Assembly: GCA_965261545.1 (NCBI GenBank)
Contig: CBDHDF010000002.1
Span: 704,001-768,000, forward strand
Direction of reading: 5' to 3'
DNA from: Bdellovibrionales bacterium
Lineage (GTDB): Bacteria; Bdellovibrionota; Bdellovibrionia; Bdellovibrionales; UBA1609
DNA length: 64,000 nt
This document shows, one piece after another, positions 40,224 to 50,460 of the stretch; positions within the stretch are counted from its first letter, which is position 1, and each line of letters begins with the position of its first letter. Below the pieces are notes generated by a model. The model did not search any database. It was given only the letters and a program-made list of their open reading frames with translations, and had not been told where the DNA came from. A program made the position numbers and the translations under genes.

Positions 40224-42633
40224 AGTGACCCTCCCAAGAATTTGTGTAAGCACTTTGTATCTCTTTGCAGGAAATGCGGGAACTGGGGGCATCACTTCCC
40301 AGTTGGACATGGGAAGCGATGACTTCTCCAAGAAGTTCCACGTCTATGTTTGCCCCCACCATCTTCATCTTATCCGTGATTGAATCCACAACCTCATCTA
40401 TGTTTGAATTCATAATTTCTTTTTTCACTTTATGAACTCTATTCACAAACTCTCCAGCCTCGGATTCGTCCACAGCGACGACCACCTCGTAGAGGTTTTC
40501 GCCGAACCAATCCCTATCTTTGTGAATGGTACAACCCCATTGGGGGGTGGACATTCTTGCCAGTGTGTAGGCAAGGCCAAACTTTCCAACCACTCGTGTG
40601 CTTTTCATAGGAAACTCTTGGTTGAGGCGAGTGAGAAATCTGACAAAAGCATGAACCTGGACAGGAGAAATCTCACCGACACCCCTCATCGCTTCCTTGG
40701 AATTTTCCCATAGAAGCCCCGACACATACAGCTGCTTGGAAGAAAGTAAAAAGAGTTGATCCCCCAAATTTTGAAAATGAGAAAAGGGAAGTTGGAGGTG
40801 GGGGCTTAAACCTACAAGTCCCGTGGCTGGTGTGGAAGTGACATTTTTGTGGAGAGTTTCATTGTAAAAACTCACATTTCCACTCACCACAGGAACACCG
40901 AGAGCTTGAGAGACTTCAGCCATGGCTTCCACAGTGGCAACAAATTCACCCATGACCTCCATTTTTTCAGGGTTGCCAAAGTTGAGACAATTGGTCGCTG
41001 CCAAGGGTTCGAGTCCTTTGGACGCCAGCTCAAGGGCGGGATAGGCAATGGCATCTCGCCCCCCTTCACGAGCATCAAATCTCATCATATAGGGACGACC
41101 ACCAAGAACGAGACCCAAGCCTCGACCTGAATCGGGAAGCCTTAAGACTCCCACACTTTCCGAGCCATCCCGGACCGTGGCTCCTCCCACTCTTTGGTCG
41201 TACTGGCGGTAAACCCATTGTCTGGAGGTTCCCCTTTCATCAGAGAGGGCACACAGGAGAGATTGTTTTGTACTGTGTTCATGGAAGTTTTGGTTATCGT
41301 GTTCAGGCTCATTGCCATGGGAGTTTCGTTCATCGTACTTACGCTCATTGCCATGGGAGTTTTTCCATTTCTTTTTCCATTGGGTGAGTTCTTCCATGGA
41401 GCCAAATTTCCAAAGGGGTGCCCAAGGTTTGTGAGGTCTATTATACATGGGGGCTTGTTTGACAAGCTTATCAGGGTCGATTTTACAAAGGAGTTCTCCA
41501 TGCCAAAATAGCTCTATAGTTTTCTCCGCAATAATTTCTCCAATGGCTTTGGCTTCTAAATTCCATTTGGCAAAAATTTCTTTGATTCGATTTATATTTT
41601 TAGGTTCACAAATGAGAAGCATACGCTCCTGGCTTTCGGAGAGAAGAATATCTTCAGGTGTCATGGAGTTATTGCGAAGGGGAACCTTGTCCAAGTGAAG
41701 GTTTAACCCCACCCCTCCCCTGGAAGCCATTTCAAAGCTCGAACTGGCCAGACCTGCGGCCCCCATATCTTGAATGGCCACGACGAGATCTTCGGCCATA
41801 ACCTCCAAGCAGCTCTCTATTAAAAGTTTTTCAAAGAATGGATCTCCTATTTGAATGGTGGGTTTTTGATTCTCGCTTTCTTCGTCAAAGGACTCACTGG
41901 CCATACTGGCTCCATGAATTCCATCTCTTCCTGTTTTGGCTCCCACATAGACGACTAAATTCCCCACCCCCTGGGCTTTGGAGCTAAATATTTTTTCCCC
42001 TGGACGGAAGAGTCCCATAGCGAGGGCATTGACGAGAATATTTCCATCATAGGAGGAGTGAAATTCGGTTTGCCCCGTCACTGTGGGCACCCCCACGCAG
42101 TTTCCATAACCCCCTATGCCTCGGATAACCCCATTCACCAAGAAGGACATTCGAGGGGCCTTGGGGTTGCCAAAACAAAGATAATTGGCCAAGGCGATAG
42201 GTCTAGCCCCCATGGTAAAGATGTCCCTTAATATTCCCCCCACACCTGTGGCGGCTCCCTGGGTAGGTTCAATGTAGCTGGGATGATTGTGGCTTTCAAT
42301 TTTAAAGGCTAGGCGCTCTCCCTTTCCTAGATCAATGACTCCTGCATTTTCGCCAAAGCTTTCCAGGACCCTAGGGGATGATAATGATGGGGGGAAGGAG
42401 TTTTGGGCATGAGGGGAAGGTGCTTTAGGATGTGGGAGTTTTTTGGGAGGGAAGAACTTTTTTAAATGCACTTTGGAGCTTTTATAACTACAGTGTTCGC
42501 TCCAAAGGGCTGAAAACAGGGCCCACTCAAGACCTTGGGGTTCCCTGCCCAGTTGATGACAAATGTGATCCCAATCCTCTGAACTGATTCTGTAGTGATC
42601 TCGTTTTTGTTGCAGATTGTGTGAATGACTCAT
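40210..42633 (-). CDS. purL: Phosphoribosylformylglycinamidine synthase subunit PurL (small type)
   Basis: WSEHCSYKSS, ESHNHPS, QDMGAAGL, LSESQERM, SGNVSFYNE. Confidence 0.97.
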   Translation of the reverse strand: MSHSHNLQQKRDHYRISSEDWDHICHQLGREPQGLEWALFSALWSEHCSYKSSKVHLKKFFPPKKLPHPKAPSPHAQNSFPPSLSSPRVLESFGENAGVIDLGKGERLAFKIESHNHPSYIEPTQGAATGVGGILRDIFTMGARPIALANYLCFGNPKAPRMSFLVNGVIRGIGGYGNCVGVPTVTGQTEFHSSYDGNILVNALAMGLFRPGEKIFSSKAQGVGNLVVYVGAKTGRDGIHGASMASESFDEESENQKPTIQIGDPFFEKLLIESCLEVMAEDLVVAIQDMGAAGLASSSFEMASRGGVGLNLHLDKVPLRNNSMTPEDILLSESQERMLLICEPKNINRIKEIFAKWNLEAKAIGEIIAEKTIELFWHGELLCKIDPDKLVKQAPMYNRPHKPWAPLWKFGSMEELTQWKKKWKNSHGNERKYDERNSHGNEPEHDNQNFHEHSTKQSLLCALSDERGTSRQWVYRQYDQRVGGATVRDGSESVGVLRLPDSGRGLGLVLGGRPYMMRFDAREGGRDAIAYPALELASKGLEPLAATNCLNFGNPEKMEVMGEFVATVEAMAEVSQALGVPVVSGNVSFYNETLHKNVTSTPATGLVGLSPHLQLPFSHFQNLGDQLFLLSSKQLYVSGLLWENSKEAMRGVGEISPVQVHAFVRFLTRLNQEFPMKSTRVVGKFGLAYTLARMSTPQWGCTIHKDRDWFGENLYEVVVAVDESEAGEFVNRVHKVKKEIMNSNIDEVVDSITDKMKMVGANIDVELLGEVIASHVQLGSDAPSSRISCKEIQSAYTNSWEGHFDFS

Positions 42634-42711
42634 GGTTTCAACTCACTGTTAGGCTTATGGTCTTGTTGGTCTTTAACTCTTTTGTGTATCATAATATTTT
42701 TTGTCAAAATA

Positions 42712-43365
42712 TCATTGAAAAAAAGCCAAACCATTGTCGCCACCCATCCATGGAAAGAGAGCTCTCTCTGGGTGAGGCATCAGTCCTGCAACATTTTTTT
42801 TCTCGTTCATAACACCTGCGATATGGGAGATAGAGCCGTTAGGGTTGTTTTCATAGGTCCACCAGATTTGTTCTCGATCTTCCATCTCCTTGAGTTTGTC
42901 AGGTTCTACATAAAAGCGTCCTTCACCATGGGCGATGGGAAGTTTAACCTTTGGAGAGGAGCCATTCCAAAAAGGGCATTTATGGGATAATTTCAAGTCC
43001 ACCCACTGGTCGATAAAGCGTTCTTCTCTATTGGCTATTAAGGCTCCCGGCAAAAGGCCCCCATCGCATAGAATCTGAAAGCCATTGCAAATGCCAAGTA
43101 TGGGAATCCCTCTTTTTGCAGCCTCCCTCACTGTTTTCATCACGGGAGTGCGAGTGGCGAGGGCTCCACATCGTAGATAATCCCCGTAACTAAAGCCGCC
43201 GGGGATGATAATGGCATTCAGGGACTTTGTGTCATACTGGTCTTGATACCACATCCATTGGGGAGATTGGCCCACAGCTTCTATCGCTTGCCACACATCT
43301 CGGTCGCAGTTTGTTCCCAAAAACCGAATGATTCCAACTTTGTGGGAGATATTCTTGTGAGACAT
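42712..43365 (-). CDS. purQ: FGAM synthase glutaminase subunit PurQ
   Basis: GGFSYGDYLR, GICNGFQIL, IAHGEG, MPHPER. Confidence 0.97.
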   Translation of the reverse strand: MSHKNISHKVGIIRFLGTNCDRDVWQAIEAVGQSPQWMWYQDQYDTKSLNAIIIPGGFSYGDYLRCGALATRTPVMKTVREAAKRGIPILGICNGFQILCDGGLLPGALIANREERFIDQWVDLKLSHKCPFWNGSSPKVKLPIAHGEGRFYVEPDKLKEMEDREQIWWTYENNPNGSISHIAGVMNEKKNVAGLMPHPERALFPWMGGDNGLAFFQ

Positions 43366-43485
43366 ATTTAAGTAGGTCCATGGAGAAGCTCAAGTGGATT
43401 CATGGGGTCAACAACGGGATGAACTTGATAAAGATAAAGTAAGTCCATAGGGTACACAAGTAGGATAACTATTGGATCAACTGGA

Positions 43486-43743
43486 TCAACAAGGTTCATT
43501 GGATTCATGGAGAAGCTCCAATTCATAGGACTCAATCAAAGGGTTATAGAGAGTGGATTCAGTCACTTTCCTTGCCTTTTGGAGGGCCTCTTGAGGCTCG
43601 CAGGTTTCTATATTTAACTCAATGTATTTACCCATGCGACACCCCGCAAGAGTTTGTCCATTTTGCTCAAGGCTTTTCTGAATCGTTCGTCCTTGGGTAT
43701 CCAAAATTTCATTGCGAGGAAGAATTTTAACTCCGACTTTCAT
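43486..43743 (-). CDS. purS: FGAM synthase subunit PurS
   Basis: ILDTQG, RMGKYIEL, LYNPLIESY; first gene of purSQLF. Confidence 0.93.
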   Translation of the reverse strand: MKVGVKILPRNEILDTQGRTIQKSLEQNGQTLAGCRMGKYIELNIETCEPQEALQKARKVTESTLYNPLIESYELELLHESNEPC

Positions 43744-43890
43744 CCCTTAGGCTCTATTTGGCTTCTCGAAAAGACTCAAGGGTTAATGCGTCGCAAAGTG
43801 CCCGTTTGCCCATGTCCAATGTAGTGTAAATGATAGTGTAAAGGAAAGATTCGCTTGTTGAGAAACTCAAGGGAGAGGGGCATACCACCG

Positions 43891-44370
43891 ATGCTACCGA
43901 TGTTTAAGTACTGGCTTATGAAATCAGAACCACAAACCTATTCCATTGATGACTTCAAAAGGGATAAAACCACTTTGTGGGATGGAATACGTAACTATCA
44001 AGCTAGAAATTTTATGATCCATGATATGAGCCTTGGCGATCATGTTTTGTTTTACCACTCCAATGCCTCTCCCCCAGGAGTGATTGGTTTGGCTATAGTC
44101 AGTGGACTTGCCCAACCTGACCCCACGGCCAGGGACAAGAATTCAAAGTACTTTGACCCCAAAGCCACAGATGAAAAACCCATCTGGCAATGTGTGGAGC
44201 TTAAGTTTACAGGAAAATTTAAGAGACTTGTCTCTTTGAATGAAATTCGAGAACAAAAAAAGCTTCAGAATATGATTCTTATTCAGCGTAGTCGCCTCTC
44301 TGTCCAACCTGTGACAAAGGAAGAATTTGAATGCATTTGTCATATGGCAGGGGAGTCGAGAAGCATATGA
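43891..44370 (+). CDS. EVE domain protein
   Basis: YWLMKSEP, WDGIRNYQARN, FYHS, RLSVQPV. Confidence 0.95.
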   Translation: MLPMFKYWLMKSEPQTYSIDDFKRDKTTLWDGIRNYQARNFMIHDMSLGDHVLFYHSNASPPGVIGLAIVSGLAQPDPTARDKNSKYFDPKATDEKPIWQCVELKFTGKFKRLVSLNEIREQKKLQNMILIQRSRLSVQPVTKEEFECICHMAGESRSI

Positions 44371-44569
44371 CTTTCAGCCAGAACTCACCCATGGTTTTAT
44401 CGATGCAACTAGCTTAATGGCCAGATTTGTATTTCCTATTTTTTTAGTATTAATAAATATTATAAATGTGTTATATAAATTAATACTATATGAATCATAA
44501 ATCACCATTGAAGTGGGATTTTTTCATCTCATCACAATTATGACAAAGATATTGCAAGGAGGCATTATT

Positions 44570-44992
44570 ATGAGTGTATTTATTCATCTTATGACAACTT
44601 TTATTATAGTTTTTCTTATGAATTTGGGGCTTCTATCAACCATGGCCTTGGCCCATGATGAACCCAATACAGATAGTTGGGGATATATTCGCATTGATAA
44701 TAAATCAAACTTTCCAATTTATACAAAGTGTTATAACCAGCATGGTAAGGGTGGAAAGTGGAGAATGACTTGGGATGATCACTTTAGAAGCTGCCATGGT
44801 GCTTATATGAGAATAGACCTCTATGTTTATAGTAGCGATACAGATACCACGGCCGAGAAAAGAACCATTCGTGTTTGGCGCAATAGCCTTAAATGTGGGG
44901 ACAGAGGTCTTTACTTGAAGATGCGTGGCCGCGCTCGTGAGAGTATAGGTGGTAGAAAGAAACCTTATTACGTCGAGAGTGTTTGTCGATAG
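44570..44992 (+). CDS. Small secreted Cys-containing hypothetical protein
   Basis: AAGGAGG RBS, signal peptide ending ALA, four Cys, AT-rich upstream region. Confidence 0.7.
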   Translation: MSVFIHLMTTFIIVFLMNLGLLSTMALAHDEPNTDSWGYIRIDNKSNFPIYTKCYNQHGKGGKWRMTWDDHFRSCHGAYMRIDLYVYSSDTDTTAEKRTIRVWRNSLKCGDRGLYLKMRGRARESIGGRKKPYYVESVCR

Positions 44993-45574
44993 TTGTATTC
45001 ATTTATTAAATATTTCTTCTATACTCGCCCCCCACTTCGTAGAGAGCTTGGGACATTTGGTAGAGGCTGCAATGGCGAGAGGCAGACATCAGGGCGGCAA
45101 AGATATTTTCTCCGCAGAGGGCCGCCTTCTTAAGTTGAATGATTTCTTTTTGAGCTTGTTCTTGGTGTTTCTTTTTGTAGTGAATCACTCGGTTCAGTTG
45201 CATTTTTTTTTCTTCATCTGTGGCACGAGTCATTTCAATTTTTGAAGGTATATAGCCAGATTCCATGGTCTTGGGATCGATGAATGTATTCACACCCACA
45301 ATGGGCCACTGTCCACTGTGTTTGAGGGATTCGTAGTGGCGGGACTCTTCTTGAATTTTACCCCTTTGGTATTGAGTTTCCATGGCCCCAAGAACACCCC
45401 CTCTTTCATTGAGCCTTAAAAACTCCTCCAAGACCTCCTCTTCCACACGGTCTGTGAGCCACTCAACAAAGTAACTGCCTTGGCTGGGGCTTTCATTTTT
45501 GGCCAAGCCTAGCTCCTTATTAATAATCATTTGAATTGCTTGCGCCCGTCGCACAGATTCTTCGGTGGGTGTGG
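44882..45574. repeat. Direct repeat copy 1 (693 bp)
   Basis: Matches 46727-47420 apart from 4 transitions and one 1-bp indel seen by eye. Confidence 0.97.
45006..45574 (-). pseudogene. icmF: Orphan duplicate of the icmF 3' end (in frame, 5' truncated)
   Basis: [16 protein letters not shown]...GGEYRRNI; sequence breaks off above 45574. Confidence 0.9.
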
Positions 45575-45679
45575 GGGTGGGGAACCTCTAGATTCTGTGC
45601 GTCATCCTGCGAAATAGGCCTGACAACTGCGGACTCTCAAGCACAACAGGGGTTGTCGTGTATTATAAATAATTTTTTA

Positions 45680-46132
45680 TCAGGCTGCTTTCAGCTCTGA
45701 AAAATTAATTTTAATTTTTTGACACTTCTTTGGCATAATTGTTTGTAAATCCTTATAGGCTTGATGAAAAAATTTGGGCTTAATGCTATTAACAATTTCC
45801 AATCGAATATCTTTTTCAATTGCCCATCCCATTTTTGTAATGTCATCGCCACATTTTTCCCATTTTATAACAGCAGAATGAGCAACATCTCCAAACCGGC
45901 TACCAAATTTTTTCAAATCCATTTCAAAATGGTTTCTTACAAACTTTATCTCATTACCAGATAAACGCCCCGACTTCATGGCCAAAGCTAAAAGAACAGC
46001 TCTTTCATATTTTTCAAAGTTAATATCTAATACCCATTCACCACGAATTTTCTTAAAAGGAGCATTAATAATTTGAATAGGAAGTCCAAATCCATAATCA
46101 ATATAAGATTTTTGAATTTTTTTATTCTTCAT
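45680..46132 (-). CDS. Antitoxin, MqsA-like/XRE HTH
   Basis: RLSGNEIKFVRNHFEM...FGDVAHSAVIKWE; lies 9 nt downstream of the toxin gene; AT-rich. Confidence 0.8.
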   Translation of the reverse strand: MKNKKIQKSYIDYGFGLPIQIINAPFKKIRGEWVLDINFEKYERAVLLALAMKSGRLSGNEIKFVRNHFEMDLKKFGSRFGDVAHSAVIKWEKCGDDITKMGWAIEKDIRLEIVNSIKPKFFHQAYKDLQTIMPKKCQKIKINFSELKAA

Positions 46133-46141
46133 TTCTCACCT

Positions 46142-46447
46142 CTATTTGTTTAAATCAATTATTGTAATAATTAGCATATTGCTTGAATCAAAACTAACAA
46201 TTACTCGTAAAAATCTTTTATCAATAGTTGTTCCTTTAATTGAATAATTCCAAGAATTATACTCCTCTATAAATTCATCTTTTCGTTTTTCATGATATCC
46301 ATTTCGCAATACTTGCCTAACCTCCTGACGGGTAACGGCCCTTTCCTGCAAGCGTTGGTGAGCATGGCCTGTATAAAGATACTTCCCCTTTTGTAAACAT
46401 TTCTCAACTTCAGTTAGAAGGTCTTTAATTTTTAATACTCGCCTCAC
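46142..46447 (-). CDS. DUF4258-like toxin (predicted RelE/MqsR-fold RNase)
   Basis: YTGHAHQRLQER, YSIKGTTIDKRFLRVIVSFD, LIITII. Confidence 0.82.
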   Translation of the reverse strand: MRRVLKIKDLLTEVEKCLQKGKYLYTGHAHQRLQERAVTRQEVRQVLRNGYHEKRKDEFIEEYNSWNYSIKGTTIDKRFLRVIVSFDSSNMLIITIIDLNK

Positions 46448-46453
46448 TTAACA

Positions 46454-46482
46454 AATGTAACTGAGTTACAACTCCTTGTCAA
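46454..46482 (-). promoter_or_regulatory. Toxin-antitoxin promoter with overlapping palindromic operator
   Basis: TTGACA-N17-TACATT; perfect palindrome TGTAACT-G-AGTTACA at 46456-46470. Confidence 0.8.
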
Positions 46483-46549
46483 GATTTTTTTTAAAACGGC
46501 CGCACTTACGGCCGTCTCAGAGGAGCAAAAGAGTAATAAAATTTTGAAT

Positions 46550-46726
46550 TCTAGCCTCGCCATCCTATCCTGTCCACGCCATTGTGTCAGTCTCACGAAT
46601 GGCGTCAAGTGCGACTCTGGCCTTAAATTGTGCGCTGTGTTTCTTTCTCATTATCCCCTCCTATGAGGGGCTTTTTACCCGCTGCGGTGTAACTTAGCAA
46701 CCAGTCTGTTTTTGGGGTCCACTATA
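46550..46726 (-). mobile_element. IS3-family remnant (left end plus truncated orfA)
   Basis: AGGAGG RBS then MRKKHSAQFKARVALDAIRETDTMA from 46651, stopping after 28 codons; end-like TATAGTGGACCCC at 46726. Confidence 0.75.
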
Positions 46727-47420
46727 AATAGCCTTAAATGTGGGGACAGAGGTCTTTACTTGAAGATGCGTGGCCGCGCTCGTGAGAGTATAGGTGGTAG
46801 AAAGAAACCTTATTACGTCGAGAGTGTTTGTCGATAGTTGTATTCGTTTATTAAATATTTCTTCTATACTCGCCCCCCACTTCGTAGAGAGCTTGGGACA
46901 TTTGGTAGAGGCTGCAATGGCGAGAGGCAGACATCAGGGCGGCAAAGATATTTTCTCCGCAGAGGGCCGCCTTCTTAAGTTGAATGATTTCTTTTTGAGC
47001 TTGTTCTTGGTGTTTCTTTTTGTAGTGAATCACTCGGTTCAGTTGCATTTTTTTTTCTTCATCTGTGGCACGAGCCATTTCAATTTTTGAAGGTATATAG
47101 CCAGATTCCATGGTCTTGGGATCGATGAATGTATTCACACCCACAATGGGCCACTGTCCACTGTGTTTGAGGGATTCGTAGTGGTGGGACTCTTCTTGAA
47201 TTTTACCCCTTTGGTATTGAGTTTCCATGGCCCCAAGAACACCCCCTCTTTCATTGAGCCTTAAAAACTCCTCCAAGACCTCCTCTTCCACACGGTCTGT
47301 GAGCCACTCAACAAAGTAACTGCCTTGGCTGGGGTTTTCATTTTTGGCCAAGCCTAGCTCCTTATTAATAATCATTTGAATTGCTTGCGCCTCGTCGCAC
47401 AGATTCTTCGGTGGGTGTGG
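46727..47420. repeat. Direct repeat copy 2 (694 bp)
   Basis: Offset 1845 bp from copy 1; also duplicates the 3' part of the 44570-44992 gene. Confidence 0.97.
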
Positions 47421-50208
47421 TGATGGCTTCATCGTAGGCATTGGTATGAAGGGAGTTGCAATTATCGTTGATGGCCATGAGGGCCTGAAGGGTGGTACGG
47501 ATATCATTGAAGGCGATTTCTTGGGCGTGGAGGCTGCGACCACTGGTTTGAATATGATACTTAAACTTTTGGGAGCGGCTATTGGCTCCATAGAGTTTTG
47601 CCATGGCAATGGCCCATATACGGCGAGCCACCCGACCAATAACGGTATACTCGGGATCGAGGCCGTTGCTAAAAAAGAAAGAGAGGTGAGGAGCAAAGTC
47701 GTCAATGTCCAGGCCACAACTGAGGTAGTATTCCACGAAAGTAAAGGCATTGCTGAGGGTAAAAGCCAGTTGAGTGATGGGATTGGCCCCCGCTTCAGCA
47801 ATGTGGTAGCCCGAAATGCTGACAGAATAAAAATTCTTGATCTTGTGATTCACAAAGAATTTTTGCACATCTCCCATCATTTTCAAGGCAAAGTCGGTGG
47901 AAAAGATACAGGTGTTTTGTCCTTGATCTTCTTTGAGAATATCGGCTTGCACGGTGCCGCGAACTGTTCTCAATGTCCAGGCCGTGATTTCTTCTTTTTC
48001 CTCCAAGGTGAGGGAGCGTTTCCATTCAGTTTCTTTCTTTTTTAGTTGCTGGTCGATGGCTGTATTCATAAAAAAGGCTAAGACCATGGGTGCGGGGCCA
48101 TTGATGGTCATACTCACCGAGGTTTTGGGGTGGCAAAGGTCAAAACCCTCATAGAGCTTTTTCATATCGTCCAAGGTGGCAATGCTGACACCACTTTCTC
48201 CGATTTTTCCGTAGATGTCGGGTCGGGGGTCTGGGTCTTGGCCATAAAGGGTGATGCTATCAAAGGCCGTGGATAACCTTTTGACCTCGCTGTCTTTGGA
48301 GAGAAAGTGAAAGCGTCGATTGGTTCTTTCAGGGGGGCCCTCTCCGGCAAATTGACGAAGAGGATCTTCGCCCTGTCTTTTGAGAGGGAATACGCCCGCT
48401 GTGTAGGGAAAACAACCTGGGACATTTTCCATTCGCAAATATTTAAGTCGATCTCCCCAATCGGTCAGTTTGGGAACCACCACTCGTGGGATATCAATAC
48501 CTGCAAGGCTTTTGCGGGTGAGTTTTTGTTGAATCTCTTTTCCTCGAACGCGGTAGCTAAATGTTTCTCCTTGGTAGGAGTTGTACAAAGAGTCAAAGTT
48601 TTCTAGGGCGAGCCACTCTTTGCTTGGAAATTTTTTTTTGTACTCTTCCTTGAGTGTTTTTAGTTGTGTCATCAGTGCTATAGCTTCGATTTCTATGGTT
48701 CCTATGATCTTTTCTATAGCTCCTATTTGGGAGGCTTTTTGGCACAACTCCTGAGTTTTTTGTTTGTAGGATCGAATGGCTTGGACAATTTCAGCTAGAT
48801 AGTTCATACGCTCACTGGGAACTACCTTTTGCTTGTCGACTCCCTGGCTTTTTCGCTCCACCCGAAAGGAGCTTTGACGAGAGGTCAGCTGATCCGTGAG
48901 GTTGTAAAAAAGCTGGTTGACTCCTCGATCGTTAAAGTTAGAGGCTTGGGTGAGAAAGACGGGAATTTGATGGCTTTGCTGGGAAGGGGGATCGAATAAT
49001 TTGCGAGATCGTTTGTATTGCTTGATGACATCCCTGTGAGCATCCTGGGAGCCCCGGTGGTCGGCCTTGTTGATGGCAATTAAGTGGGCAAAGTCAATCA
49101 TGTCAATCTTTTCAAGTTGGCTTTGGGAACCAAATTCAGATGTCATCACATAGAGACTGAGATCACTGACCTCTGTAATGGCGGAGTGGGCCTGTCCAAT
49201 GCCTGAAGATTCAACAATGATGAGATCAAAATCAAGTTTTTGGCAGAGATTGAGCATAGTGGGGAGAGATGGAGCGACTTCCGTAGATGAGCCCCGGGAG
49301 GCCACGGACCTCATGAATACGCCCCCTCGGCTTAGGGAATTCATGCGAATACGATCTCCTAGGAGAGCCCCCCCTGTTTTTTTCTTTGAGGGGTCCACAC
49401 ATATAACGGCGATCTTGATGCCAGGATAATGATTTAAAAATCTTTGAAGAAGCTCATCCACAAGGCTGGATTTACCAGCCCCCCCCGTGCCTGTGATACC
49501 GAGAATAGGGGGGGGATTCCCCTGGCGCAAAAAGGAGATCAGTCCATACTGTTCACAAAAATTTCTTTTCTTAGGTTTTTCTCTAGGAAGATTTTTTTCA
49601 TCCAAGGTTTCCTTATCGAAGGCTCCCTTTGGACTTGAGGAGCTTGTGGTTTGTAATTCCAGGGAAGTCAGGGCCAGTCCAAGGGGACGATGGGGTATGT
49701 TGTCATGGGTCCAGGGGAGTATTGCAGAGTGTTCTTGGGAAGCGATATGAGGAGCGGCATGATCGACACTGTTGTTGATGATGTTAAAGTCACAGCCCCT
49801 TAGAATAACCTCAATCATTCCTTCGAGGCCCAGCTTTCTTCCGTCATCGGGATGGAAGATTTGGTCGATGCCATAGGCTTCCAGTTCTCGTTTCTCTTCG
49901 TGGATAATAACGCCGCCTCCTCCACCATATGTTTTAACGTCATCGGCGCCAGCCTCTCTCAGGAGATCTTTCATGTACTTGAAGTACTCCATGTGTCCGC
50001 CTTGGTAGGAACTGACAGCGATTCCCTGGGTCCCCTCTTGAAGAGCGGCTTTGACCACATCCACCACAGAGCGATTGTGTCCCAGGTGAACGACCTCCGC
50101 TCCCATGTCTTGGAGAACTCGTCGCATAATATTGATACTTGCATCATGGCCGTCAAAAAGGGATGTGGCTGTGACAATTTTAATGGGGTGTTGGGGGTGG
50201 TAAATCAT
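46851..50208 (-). pseudogene. icmF: Fused isobutyryl-CoA mutase/GTPase IcmF with a 1-nt insertion frameshift at 47392
   Basis: B12-binding FDGHDASIN, MeaB-like GTGGAGKSS and GDRIRMN, mutase [30 protein letters not shown]. Premature stop at 47365; the last ~180 codons are in another frame. Confidence 0.9.
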
Positions 50209-50282
50209 AAAAATCCTCTTGACCTCACCATCGGGGATATGGTTAGGTTCGTCAAGCGAACTCTTAATTTTGGTTTTAAAAT

Positions 50283-50311
50283 TTGACTTTCTTGAATATA
50301 GCTTGTAGGTT
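50283..50311 (+). promoter_or_regulatory. Possible tRNA promoter
   Basis: TTGACT-N17-TAGGTT about 30 nt upstream of the tRNA. Confidence 0.4.
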
Positions 50312-50342
50312 TGTGTGAAACTTAATGAGATGAAGTGATTGT

Positions 50343-50419
<77 letters not shown>

Positions 50420-50460
50420 TTATCAGAGGCTTCTTCACGGGTGATGGAAGGAGAAAATGA

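Noticed and set aside
43379..43518. CATGGAGAAGCTC at 43379-43391 and 43506-43518 around the purS/purQ gap
   Set aside because: Probably a local duplication scar; no structure or regulatory consensus recognised.
19492..45638. 14-bp match AACTGCGGACTCTC at 19492-19505 and 45625-45638, both intergenic
   Set aside because: Several 14-mer matches are expected by chance in 64 kb and no inverted partner was found. It could still be an IS-end scar.
44882..47420. The 693-bp repeat pair as a DGR template/variable repeat
   Set aside because: Too long, only four substitutions in mixed directions, no reverse transcriptase, and the target is a metabolic enzyme.
46851..47801. 316-aa ORF as an independent gene
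   Set aside because: Its first ~135 residues are an off-frame reading of icmF; the rest is the frameshifted IcmF C-terminus.
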